Below are positions 21,897 to 31,132 of a stretch of 64,000 bases of DNA, piece by piece; position 1 is the first letter of the stretch, and every line of letters begins with the position of its first letter. The position numbers were made by a program, and so were the translations under genes. The stretch lies in contig CAVWAU010000003.1 of the NCBI GenBank assembly GCA_963753125.1, positions 12,128 through 76,127 of the forward strand, in the 5' to 3' direction. Origin of the DNA: an uncultured Chloroflexia bacterium (GTDB lineage Bacteria > Chloroflexota > Limnocylindria > QHBO01). Under the pieces are notes generated by a model. That model ran no database searches and was not told the DNA's origin. It saw only the letters and a list, made by a program, of their open reading frames with translations.

Positions 21897-22349
21897 ATGG
21901 CCGCCACCCGCACCGCGACCGTCACCTGGAACGGCGACCTCGCCGACCGGCGCCGGGACCGTCACCGCCGGCTCGAGCGAGCTGTTCACCGATCTGCCCG
22001 TGTCGTGGTCCGCCCGCACCGAGGGGCCGCAGGGCCAGACGTCGCCGGAGGAGCTGCTCGCCGCGGCACATGCCTCGTGCTTCTCGATGGCGCTCTCCGG
22101 GGCGCTCGGCCGGGCCGGCACGCCACCTGACCACCTCCACGTCTCGGCCAGCGTGACCTTCGACAAGGTCGGGGATGGCTGGGCGGTGGCGAGCTCTCAG
22201 CTCGACGTGCTCGGCGTGGTGCCGGAATCGACGAAGACGCCTTCGACGCGGCGGCACAGGCCACCAAGGATGGCTGCCCGATCTCAAAGGCCCTGGCCGG
22301 CAACGTCGAGATGTCCGTCTCCGCGGCCCTCGAGGACGAGCACGAATAG
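21897..22349 (+). CDS. OsmC-family peroxiredoxin-like protein, frameshifted as sequenced
   Basis: MAATRTATVTWNGDL, then a shift near 21945 to GSSELFTDLPVSWSARTEGPQGQTSPEELLAAAHASCFSMAL (first Cys), then a shift near 22225 to FDAAAQATKDGCPISKAL (second Cys), with stop TAG at 22347-22349. Confidence 0.75.
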
Positions 22350-22639
22350 CGTCGGGCGCCGCACGCTCCGAAACCTTTTGGGTCCTCCTCGGCTCGGTCC
22401 GGATGAAGGCCGCATTCGCGGCAGCTGAAACAGAACCGATCGGGAAGTCACACGGCGTCGAAGCTGGCCATGCCCTTCCATCCGAGGCCTCGTCCTCGCC
22501 GTGGGCGGCCTCCTGGTCCTGGCCGGAGTCGCCCTGGCGACCGGCGGCGACGGAGCCAATGACGGCGTCCGCGTCGTCGCCCTCGATCTCCCCCTCGCCG
22601 TCCGCCTTCTCGAGACCGCCGGCGGGCGCGTCTGGCCGT

Positions 22640-22854
22640 CGCGTCGGAAGTGCGTAGCGAGCTCCGAGGCGCCGTCGGCGCACTTCCCGAGCCGTACCGC
22701 GAGGTGGTCGCGCTTCGCTTCTTCGCCGAGCTGTCCCTGGCCGAGGTCGCCGAAGCGACCGGGCGTCCCATCGAACACCGTGAAGACGCATCTCCGCCGC
22801 GGGCTCGAGCGGGTTGCGGCCGCTGATCGACGGCGGAGGTGGGGTCACCGATGA
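22640..22854 (+). pseudogene. ECF sigma factor fragment (region 4 only recognisable)
   Basis: SELRGAVGALPEPYREVVALRFFAELSLAEVAEATGRPI, then a shift near 22775 to TVKTHLRRGLER. The TGA at 22852-22854 overlaps the next ATG. The ~290 nt upstream (22350-22640) does not translate to sigma region 2 in any frame I tried. Confidence 0.45.
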
Positions 22855-23423
22855 CGCGACATCCATTCGACTCGGGCGAGCTCGGACGAGACGACCCGGA
22901 AGTGGACCGCCTTGGGCGAGAGCCTCGAGCAGTACGCCACCGACGCGGCAGGGGAGCCATCGCCTGACCTCTCGTCGCGCATCATGGCGGCGATCGACGA
23001 CGAGCCGGTCCCATCCCGGGGCTGGTGGCGGGGCTCGCTGCTCGCCGCGTTCGCCTCCCTGGCATGGTCCGGCACGATTCGGCCCTTGGCGCGGCCGTCG
23101 TGGCGGTGGCCGTGATCGGCGCCCTCGCGCTGGGAGACCTGGCCGATTCGGGCCCGAAACAACACCGGCGCGACGCCGTCGCCGACCGAGGTCTTCAGTC
23201 CGTCGCCGAGCCCCCGTCGGCGAGCCCGACGCCTTCGCCGAGCCCATCGGCGACCCCTTCGCCGACGCCGAGCGCCACTCCGCACCCCGACGTCCGTGCC
23301 GGCGACGCCGATGCCGACTGCAACAGACGACGACCACGGCGGCGATCTGGATACGCCGAGCCCGAGCGAGTCGGACAACAGCGGACCCGGCGGTGGCAAC
23401 AGCGGACCGGCGGCGGGGGCTAG
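22851..23423 (+). CDS. putative anti-sigma / membrane protein with Pro-Ser-Thr-rich tail, frameshifted as sequenced
   Basis: ATG 22851 follows GGAGGTGGGG. Segments: MTRHPFDSGELGRDDPEVDRLG; ESLEQYATDAAGEPSPDLSSRIMAAIDDEP; a TM (LGAAVVAVAVIGALALG); then SPTPSPSPSATPSPTPSATP low complexity. At least 3 frame switches. The end is approximate. Confidence 0.45.
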
Positions 23424-24007
23424 GAGCGGGAGCCTGCCTCGAACATCGGCGGATAGACGACGCTTCCCGGGTCCACGACACGCCCGGCGATCGGGCGCAC
23501 CTGGTAGGCGGCGCCGGCGCCGTCGTACGGAGAGCGCACCCCGGCCTCCTCCGCGGGGCCGAAGCCGAACCGCCGATAGAAGCTCGGCGGTCCGAGGACG
23601 GCGATGAGGGCCTCGTCGCGCCGGTCGGCAACCGCGAGGGCCTCATGCATGAGGGCCGAACCGATCCCGCGTCCCGCGTGCGGCGGCAGCACCGCGAGCG
23701 GTGCGAGAGCCAGGGCATCGCGCCGCGGACTGCCGGCTGGATCCGGCTCGAAACCGACGCGGCTGACCAGGACATGCCCAAGCACGCTCCCGTCGCTCGC
23801 GACCGCGACCAGCGAGAGCTCCGGGAGGAAGTCCGCGCCGGCTCGGATCGCATCGACGAGCTCTGCCTCGGTGGGTCCGCGAAACGCCTCGCGATGCAGC
23901 TCGTGGATCTGATCGAGGTCGACCGGTAGCTCTGGCCTGATCGACCAGGACGGCGCGTCGATCAGGTCAGCGGGGTGCACGAGGGTCATCGCCCGCTGAT
24001 GCTGCAT
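23420..24007 (-). CDS. GNAT N-acetyltransferase
   Basis: Intact ORF with acetyl-CoA motif LAVLPPHAGRGIGSALMHEAL and FYRRFGF. The true start may be the MTLVHP Met at 23989. Confidence 0.8.
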   Translation of the reverse strand: MQHQRAMTLVHPADLIDAPSWSIRPELPVDLDQIHELHREAFRGPTEAELVDAIRAGADFLPELSLVAVASDGSVLGHVLVSRVGFEPDPAGSPRRDALALAPLAVLPPHAGRGIGSALMHEALAVADRRDEALIAVLGPPSFYRRFGFGPAEEAGVRSPYDGAGAAYQVRPIAGRVVDPGSVVYPPMFEAGSRS

Positions 24008-24025
24008 GTGGCGGGCCAGATCGGC

Positions 24026-25128
24026 TCAAACGCCACGCAGAATCCAGAGGTCGTCGAGGGCGCCGCCCTCGTCGCGTCCGCCGAAGAGGAGCGCTCGGCC
24101 TCGGGCCGCATCGACGATGAGCTCGGCGCCGGCCCTCGGCGGCGGAGGATCCCCCGCGGGTTCGAGCACCTGCGCGTCGACGGCATCGTCCGCCAGCAGC
24201 CACAGGTCGTCCAGGTACCCGCCATCGAGCGCAAGGCCGCCGAAGATGATGGTCCCGCCACCCTGGCGGGCTCGGGAGTAGAGGTTGCGTCCCGGCGGCA
24301 GTGTTCCCTCGACCTGGGACCATGCGCCGTCGCGGAGGGTCCACCTGTCATCCAGGGCCACGGTGCCGGTCGTCTGCCCGGCGTAGAGCGCCAGCTCACC
24401 GGCATCGGTCCACCAGCATCCGTGGAGGCATCGCTCGACCGGTCGCCCGCCGGTGGGAGTCTCGTCGGTCCAGCGGCCGGTCGCGAAATCGTAGGCCCGC
24501 GTATCCGAGAAACGGGTTTGCTCCTCGGTGAATCCGTGGCTGATCCAGAGGCGACCGTCCGGCCCGATCGCGGCGCAGGTGCCGTAGCGCGGGACCGGCA
24601 CCGCTCCAGATGCGGGCAGCTGCGTCCACGCCCCTGCGCCGGGATCGTAGGCCCAGAGGTCGTTGAAGAATGTCTGCGGATCGGCCTGGCCGGCGAAGAC
24701 GACGAGACCCACACCGTCGACCCACGCTGCCTCGTGCCCGAACCGAGCCGGTGGGGCCGCCGGCGGCGCAAGCTGCGTCCAGGTGTCGTCCTCGAGCCGG
24801 TACGCCCAGGTATCGCCGAAGACGGTCGCGCCGTCGCGACCACCGAAGAGGTAGGCAACCTCTCCGGCATCGTCGACAGTCCAGGTGTGGTCCTCGCGCG
24901 CCGCCGGGCCATCGACCTCAAGGGCATTCCAGGCGAGCGGCTCGGGAGTCGGCGCCGGCTCGGTCTCGGACGTCGATGGAGAGGGTGCCGAGGCCGTCGG
25001 AGTCGGACCGCGGACTCGGCGACGGAGGGCGGAGACTGCGTCGCACCCGGGCCGGCGGAGCATCCGCCGATCAGGATCGCGACGACGGCGGTGCTCGTGA
25101 GGCGGGATCGCGGCATCCAGCCGAGCAT
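24026..25128 (-). CDS. Kelch-repeat lipoprotein, frameshifted as sequenced
   Basis: Signal peptide plus lipobox MPRSRLTSTAVVAILIGGCSAG in the ORF 23986..25128 frame, with a shift near 25010 into ORF 24026..25063. That frame carries 5-6 Kelch-like blades (YLFGGRDG..DTWAY, VVFAGQ..NDLWAY, ALYAGQT, IIFGGL..DDLWLL, LLFGGRD..DDLWIL). Confidence 0.75.
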
Positions 25129-25175
25129 ACGCCCGGAGCGCGTTCAGCCGTTCTGGCGGCCTCGGCCATGCGCGA

Positions 25176-25251
<76 letters not shown>

Positions 25252-25350
25252 GTCAGGGGCCGATGATACCGGGTCGGAGGCGGTCCACGCAACGCCACGA
25301 CGCCGGGAGGCAGCCTCCCGGCGTCGGGTCGCACGGCGGCCGGATCGGAA

Positions 25351-25633
25351 TCAGCGGATGAGCGTGACGCTGCCGCCGTTGCCTGCTCTCGGCGGCGCAG
25401 CCTCGGCCGGCTGGTTGGCGGCCGCCGTGGCGGCGATGGCGAAGGTGAGCGCGGCTGCCGCGGCCGTGGCGGCCAGGCGGCGCGAGGTGATCCGGCGCTG
25501 CACCGCGCGATCGACGTCGATGGCATCGGTCTGGCGATCCTGTGCGATCCGGTGAAGCGCGCGAGGCGTGGCTCTGGCGCTCGTGATGGATGCTGTCGGC
25601 CAGTTGGTAGGTGCTCGTGTTGGGTGCGAACAT
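25351..25633 (-). CDS. small hypothetical protein with C-terminal hydrophobic helix, frameshifted as sequenced
   Basis: ATG 25633 follows GGAGGAGG. MFAPNTSTYQLADSIHHE, then a shift near 25560 to ALHRIAQDRQTDAIDVDRAVQRRITSRRLAATAAAAALTFAIAATAAANQPAE... Confidence 0.4.
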
Positions 25634-25890
25634 CGGGTGAACCTCCTCCGTCGTCGCCGTGCGGTGGTTGCGACGTTTGTGAGGTAGATGCTGGCCCCGA
25701 GGCGCGGTGACCGCCATCGGCGCGGCGACGTCCCACGCGTCATCCTGCGGATAGCCGGCGAGTCGTCCCCGGGTCCCCGATGCTGTCGCCCACGCGACAC
25801 TTTCGGCCCTTGACGGATGGACCGCGGCGGGGGGAGAGTGCGCGCGAACGCGGCCCCCGAGTGACCGCGACGGGAGGATATCCTCAACTC

Positions 25891-26588
25891 GTGACCGATC
25901 ACGCCCTGGCGGTCAATGGCCTCCGCCGATGCGCGCTCTTCGCCCACGTTCGCGATGACGGCCTCGAGGCGCTTGCCGCGCTCATGCGCCCGCGGCGCTA
26001 TCCGGCGCAACGAGGTGATCTTCCACCAGGACGACGTGGGCGACTCGCTGCACATCGTGGGCAAGGGCGCCGTGAAGATCGTGCTCCCATCGCAGGAGGG
26101 CGAGGAGGCGATCATCGCCACCCTCAAGCCCGGCGAGTTCTTCGGCGAGCTGGCGCTGCTCGACGGCTCGCCGCGCTCGACGACCGCGACCGCGCTCGAG
26201 CAGACCGAGACGCTCGCGCTGCCGCGCGACCAGTTCCAGCGGATGCTGGCCGATGACCCGACGTCTCGTCACCGCCCTCCTGCGCGCGCTCGCCAGCGAG
26301 CTGCGGCGGCTGACGGGCCACGTCGAGGAGCTCCACTTCCTCGACCTCGCAGGGCGGCTCTCGATGCGCCTGGTCCGCCTGGCGCGGGCGTACGATGCGA
26401 ACGCCCGCGGTCGGATCGAGCTGAACTGGCCCTACACACAGAGCGATCTAGCCGCCATGATCGGCGGCACGCGTCAGAGCGTGAACAAGCTGCTGAGCGG
26501 CCTCGTGGATGAGGGGCTCCTGCAGATCGATCGCGAGACGCTGGTGATCAACGATCTCGACGCTCTCGAGGCACGCAGCGCCCGATGA
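25891..26588 (+). CDS. Crp/Fnr-family transcriptional regulator, frameshifted as sequenced
   Basis: GTG 25891 lies 12 nt after GGGAGGA. The cNMP-binding-type effector domain reads VIFHQDDVGDSLHIVGKGAVKIV...GEFFGELALLDGSPRSTTATA, and the C-terminal HTH reads TQSDLAAMIGGTRQSVNKLLSGL. Frames switch near 26005 and 26260. Confidence 0.8.
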
Positions 26589-26591
26589 CCG

Positions 26592-26607
26592 TGTCGCCTA
26601 GCCGACA
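26592..26607. promoter_or_regulatory. candidate Crp/Fnr-type operator TGTCG-N6-CGACA
   Basis: TGTCGCCTAGCCGACA has 5-bp inverted arms at the 16-bp spacing of TGTGA-N6-TCACA sites. It lies 4 nt after the crp-like stop and ~100-200 nt upstream of the repeat-peptide start candidates. Its left arm is part of the first of three GTGTCG(C/G)(C/G) direct repeats (26591, 26615, 26637). Confidence 0.25.
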
Positions 26608-26703
26608 GCACCGCGTGTCGCCGAAACGCTTCGTCCGTGTCGGGCGCGTGCCTAGGATTCAGTCTATTCGCGGCCTCCCGCCGCCTCAAGGAGGGTAGAT
26701 GAC

Positions 26704-27144
26704 ATGGACGACTTCCGGCGGCGGCCGCAGGCGGAGGGCTTCTCGCGTCCGGGGTCGCTCGGCGGTGAGGCATTTGACGACGACGATAGCAGAGGGACAC
26801 ATGATGGACGAGCGTGACGATCTGGCCAGGGGTGTGGCCAAATATCCAAAGATCGATGAGGACGACGTCGAGGGCCACGGCCCGAAGGCGCCGCGGGCGA
26901 TCCGATGAGGACGACGTCGAGGGCCACGGCCCGAAGGCGCCGCGGGCGCACCGACGAGGACGACATCGAGGGCCACGGCCCGAAGGCGCCGCGGGCGACC
27001 GACGAGGACGACGTCGAGGGCCACGGCCCGAAGGCGCCGCGGGCGACCGACGAGGACGACGTCGAGGGCCACGGCCCGACACCGGCGCCGCGGGCGACCG
27101 ACGAGGACGACGTCGAGGGCCACGTCCTGAACCTCAGGCGCTAG
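26704..27144 (+). CDS. tandem-repeat acidic/His-rich small protein (5.5 x TDEDDVEGHGPKAPRA), frameshifted as sequenced
   Basis: AAGGAGGG at 26688-26695. Start candidates are ATG 26699, 26704 (MDDFRRRPQAEGFSRPGSLGGEAFDDDDSRGTH...) and 26801 (MMDERDDLARGVAKYPKI after GAGGGA). The repeats then read in three successive frames because two junctions are 4 nt instead of 3. The stop is TAG 27142-27144. No Cys, no signal peptide. Not recognised as a named family. Confidence 0.55.
26855..27123 (+). repeat. 48-nt tandem repeat, 5.5 copies
   Basis: Copies at 26855-26903 (49 nt), 26904-26952 (49), 26953-27000 (48), 27001-27048 (48), 27049-27099 (51), and a partial copy from 27100. The consensus is GACGAGGACGACGTCGAGGGCCACGGCCCGAAGGCGCCGCGGGCGACC. 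Copies differ at only 1-4 positions plus junction indels. Confidence 0.92.
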
Positions 27145-27155
27145 GCCGCGACGCG

Positions 27156-27942
27156 GTGGTCGACCACCAGAACGATGCCGCGCTAGCCGCGCTCGCCGCG
27201 GCGGCGCGGCGTTCTGCTGTCGCGCGTCGCCTCGCCGGCGACGTTGAGACGCGCCTGCTTCAGAGCATCGTCGACGCGACGGTGCGGCTCTTCGACGCCG
27301 AGGCCGCATCGATCGCGCTCTTCGAGCAGGATCCTGATCGGCTGGAGTTCCGCGTCGCCGCCGGCGAGCATGGCGCCGGCGCGGTCGGGCTGACGGTGCC
27401 GCCCACCCAGGGCATCGCCGGGTTCGTGTACTCGACCGGCCAGGCCCTCGCGCTCTCCGACGTCGCCAACGACCCGCGCTTCGACCGGGACGCGGCCGAG
27501 CAGACCGGCTACGTCCCGCGATCCATCGCGGCCGCGCCGCTCCTGGACGAGCACGGCACGCGTCGGCGTCCTCCAGGTCCTCGACAAGCGAGGCTCGCCC
27601 ACCTTCTCGCTGCGGACATGGAGCTGCTGGCGGTCTTCGCCGGCCAGGCCACCGTCGCCATCGCGGCCGCCCGGGTCCAGCGCGACACGCGATCGGCCTG
27701 CTGCGCAGCGTGCTGTCGCAGATCGAGCCCGACCTCGAGGCCGGAGCAGGTCGAGGCGCTGGTCGGCGCCGCCACCGAGGGCCTCGATGTCGACGACGAG
27801 GCGCCCTTCTGGAGGCTGGTCGAGCAGGTGGCTCGGCTGCGCTCTCTGACCGATCGCGAGACGGCGCTGCTGGCCGACATCCTCGACGTCGTCGCGGCGC
27901 ACGCCGAGGGCAGCCACGCGCGCTGGGGCGGCCCGGCGGTGA
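27156..27942 (+). CDS. GAF-domain protein, frameshifted as sequenced
   Basis: GTG 27156. GAF-like core: LLQSIVDATVRLFDAEAASIALFEQDPDRLEFRVAAGEHG...GIAGFVYSTGQALALSDVANDPRF...IAAAPLLDEHGT, then (shift) IGVLQVLDKRGSPTFSLR, then (shift) DMELLAVFAGQATVAIAAARV. There are compensating shift pairs near 27557/27614 and 27690/27745. A frame-1 TGA at 27940-27942 overlaps the next GTG. Confidence 0.7.
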
Positions 27943-28788
27943 CCGAGAGCTCCGGCCTGGTCGGAGCCGTTCGCGGACCCGCGGCGCGGGCTGCGCCGCA
28001 GCCTGCGCGTCCGCGGCATCACGCGCGACTGGGCATGGGGTGGCTCGACCGGGGCGGGCGTTCGGGTCGGGATCATCGACTCGGGAATGGAGAACGATCA
28101 CCCGGTGCTCCACGGCCGGGTGGTCGAGAACATGACCGTCGAGCTCGGCGGCGAGGAGGCCGCGAGTGGTCCCCGACGAGGCGCAGTCGACATGTTCGGC
28201 CACGGGACGGCCTGCGGTGGCATCATCGTCGGGCCTGGCGCCGGAGGTCGAGATCGTCTCGATCCGCGTCCTCGGGGCCGACCTGCGCGGCAAGGGGACG
28301 GCGTTTGCCGCCGGCCTCGAGTGGGCCATCGAGCAAGGGCTGCAGGTCTGCAACCTGAGCCTCTCGTCGAAGAGCGAGTCGCTCTATCCCGATCTTCCAC
28401 GATCTCGCCGACCGGGCGTACTTCCGCGGCATGGCACTCGTCAGCGCGGCGAACAACGTGCCGGCGCCGAGCTATCCGTCCCTGTTCTCATCGGTCTTCT
28501 CGGTGGCAGCGCACGGCGGAGCCGGATCCCTGGCGGATCTACTACAACCCGGCGCCGCCGGTCGAGTTCGGGGCCTGGGGGGTCGACGTACCGATCGCCT
28601 GGAAGGACGGCGGCGCGACGGTGGCCACCGGCAACAGCTTCGCCGCGCCCCACGTCGCCGGCCTGGCGGCCTTGATCCTGTCGAAGCACCCGGGCCTGAG
28701 CCCGTTCGAGGTGAAGGGAATCCTGGCGAGCGTGGCTGACAACCCCGGCCGCCGCCGCCCTCGCCCACCGCCGGCTCCGAGTCCGTGA
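27939..28788 (+). CDS. S8 (subtilisin-family) serine peptidase without signal peptide, frameshifted as sequenced
   Basis: Catalytic motifs are VRVGIIDSG (Asp), DMFGHGTACGGIIVG (His) and GNSFAAPHVAGLAALILSKHP (Ser). At least 4 frame switches (near 27965, 28215, 28385, 28520). The stop TGA 28786-28788 overlaps the next GTG. Confidence 0.8.
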
Positions 28789-30421
28789 GCCTGGCGCGGA
28801 CCTACCTCGAGCTCTTCCGACGCAACCCGGCCCTCGCGCGGCTCCTGGTCGGCGAGTTCATCTCGGGCATCGGCGACTGGCTCTACCTGGTCGCCGATCC
28901 TGGTCGTCGTCTACGCGGAGAGCGACTCGGCGGTGCTGCTCGGGCATCGTGGGAGCGGCCCGCATCCTGCCGTACGTCCTGCTGTCGGTGCCCGCCGGGA
29001 TCGTCGCCGACCGATTCGACCGGCGCATGGTCCTGCTGGTCACCGATGTCGCGCGCGGCATCATCATGCTGGTCCTCGTCGGCGGCGGTGATCGTCGGTG
29101 CCCCGACGCTCGTGATCGTCGGCGCTCGCGATCCTGGCCGCCTGCTTCTCGACCTTCTTCGGCCCCGCCATCGCCGCCCTGCTGCCAATGCTGGTCGACG
29201 AGAGCGACCTGGGCCCGGCCAACAGCGCGTGGGCCACGCTCGACAACCTCGCCTTCATCCTCGGGCCGGCCCTCGCCGGCCTCCTGCTGGCCGGAGGCTC
29301 GCTGGAGGTCGCCTTCCTGCTCAACGCGGTCTCGTTCGCGCGTCGTCGCCGTCGTGCTGTGGCGCCTCCCAGTCTCCCGCGCGGCGGCCCCGATCTCAGC
29401 CGAGGACGAGGACGCCGGCACCGAGGCGGCGCCGGCGCAGGCTGGATGGCGGCAGCTCGCCGGCCCGCTGGCGGGACCGTTCGTGCTGGACGCGACCACC
29501 AGCCTGGTCGGCGGCGGGCTGGCGGTGCTGACCGTGGTCATCGCGCAGTCGACGTCCTCGGCGCCGGCGAAGCCGGCACCGGTTACCTGAACGCCGCCAT
29601 CGGCGTCGGTGGCGTGATCGCCGGCGTGGCCGGGGGCGCGCTCTTCGCGCGGCGCCTCGGGCTTCCGCTCGCGATCGGCGGGGCCGCCGGCGCCATCGGC
29701 CTTGGCTGGCTGGCCTTCGCGGGCAACCTGGTCGTGGCCATGCTGGCGATGGGCATCGCCGTGGCCGGCCTGCTGCTGCTCGACGTGGTGAACACCACGC
29801 TGATCCAGCGCATCGTGCCCGACGCGATCCGCGGCCGCGCGGTCGGCGTGCTCCAGACCACCTCGACCGCCATCTACGCTGGGCTCGCTCGCGCTGCCGA
29901 TCCTCGCCGACGTCGCCGGCGTGGGTCCGGTGCTCGTCGGCTGCGCCGCGCTGACGGCGGTCGGTGTCGCCGGCACGCTTGTCCTCACCGAGGGTCGCGC
30001 GCGGCCACGCCCGCTCGACGCTGCCGCGGCGCGCCTGCTGGAGCACCCGATCTTCGCCGGATTGCCGGCGCCGCGCCTCGAGGCCGCCGCCTCGCGCCTC
30101 GTCGCAGGTCCCGGTCAGCCCCGGCGATGTCGTGGTGCGCGAGGGCGATCCGGCCGACCGCTTCTACCTCATCGCCGATGGCTCTCTGCGCGTCACCCAG
30201 GGTGCCGACGCGCGTGCAGAGCTGCGCATCTCGGGCCTGGCGACGTGTTCGGCGAGATCGGCCTTCTGCGCGGATCGGCCGCGGACGGCGACGGTCACCG
30301 CGCTGATGCCCGAGGCGTGCTCCTGGCGCTCGAAACCGACGCCTTCGGCGAGCTCGTCGGGTCCGGCCCGGGCCTGAGCTCGCGGCTTCTGACCTGTACC
30401 GCGGCTCGCCTGTCCCGCTAG
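28785..30421 (+). CDS. MFS transporter (EntS/MFS_3-like) fused to C-terminal cyclic-nucleotide-binding domain, heavily frameshifted as sequenced
   Basis: FRRNPALARLLVGEFISGIGDWLYLVA, RILPYVLLSVPAGIVADRFDRR, NLAFILGPALAGLLLA, LIQRIVPDAIRGRAVGV and further TM segments are spread over all three frames (at least 9 switches). The C-terminus is LLEHPIFAGLPAPRLEAAASRL...PGDVVVREGDPADRFYLIADGSLRV...GDVFGEIGLLRGS..RTATVTA. Confidence 0.75.
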
Positions 30422-31109
30422 CCGGTCGCCTGCGTCGGCCAGCCCGGCGAGCGTCGGTTGCAGTCGTCGCGCCACGGCGGGTAGTGGCGAGAGCGCGATG
30501 GTCTCGACGTCGAGCGCCGCCAGCCGCTCGACCGACGCCCGCGCGCCGGCATGGTCGTGGCTGAAGAAGGCGCTGGCGTAGGTGAGCCGGCCGCGGACGC
30601 ACCTGGAGCACGTCGCCGGTGAAGAGGAGCCGATGCCGCTCGGCGTAGAGGCAGATGCTGCCCGGCGTATGCCCCGGCGTGTGGACCACCCGCAGGCCGC
30701 CGAGCAGCGGGAGCACCTCGCCGTCGACGATCGGGCGTCGGGTCGGTCGGGCGTGCGGGTCAGGTACTGGATGAGGCGGCCGCGCCGGACGGCGCGGTCG
30801 TCGGTCGCGCGCGAGCGCCTCCCGCAGCGGCAGTCGCAGGCCGGCGAGGTCGTCGGGATGGATCAGGACGGCGACGTCGTCGCGGTCGCGGACGAGCTCG
30901 CTCACGCCGCCGATGTGGTCGGGATGGCCGTGCGTGCAGATGATCCGCTCCAGCTCGTCCATGCCGCGGCCGATGCGACGCAGGTATCGCTCGAGCATGA
31001 GGCGCGAGCCGACCATGCCGGCGTCGATCAGGGTCAGCCGCTCCTCGGCGATCAGGAACGCGTCGGCCCCGAGCATCCGGACCTGGTGCACGCCCGGCGC
31101 GATCTCCAT
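30418..31109 (-). CDS. MBL-fold metallo-hydrolase, frameshifted as sequenced
   Basis: MEIAPGVHQVRMLGADAFLI...LIDAG, metal motif CTHGHPDHIGG, later VVHTPGHTPGSICLY and FTGDVL. At least 3 frame switches in the middle and 3' part. The 3' end is inferred from a minus-strand TAG at 30418-30420. Confidence 0.75.
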
Positions 31110-31132
31110 GGTGCGCGCGATTGTACGGCCGG

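Noticed and set aside
26895-26955. Programmed +1 ribosomal frameshifting at the two 4-nt repeat junctions.
   Set aside because: There is no slippery heptamer or downstream structure, and the surrounding 25 kb is full of similar single-base frame breaks. Sequencing error is the simpler explanation.
26474-27082. Minus-strand ORF with a striking SGRGPRRRPRRSPAAP repeat.
   Set aside because: It is simply the reverse-complement reading of the 48-nt tandem repeat. The plus-strand reading has an RBS, start and stop in context and is co-directional with the whole locus.
26855-27123. Possible CRISPR array, because of the regularly spaced repeats.
   Set aside because: The repeats are directly adjacent with no spacers, the period is a multiple of 3 and reads as a peptide unit, and there are no cas genes in the window.
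27156-28788. One fused GAF-S8 polypeptide, since ORF 26814..28358 runs through both.
   Set aside because: The S8 N-terminal motifs lie in a different frame from the GAF tail, and that frame has a TGA at 27940-27942 embedded in a GGTGA start/stop overlap. Two coupled genes fit better, but a fusion cannot be excluded until the region is polished.
30417-30422. GCTAGC palindrome supplying the stop codons of both convergent genes (MFS::cNMP and MBL hydrolase) as a possible regulatory element.
   Set aside because: A 6-bp palindrome containing TAG on both strands is expected by chance. There are no flanking stem or repeats, and the MBL stop assignment itself depends on an assumed frame.
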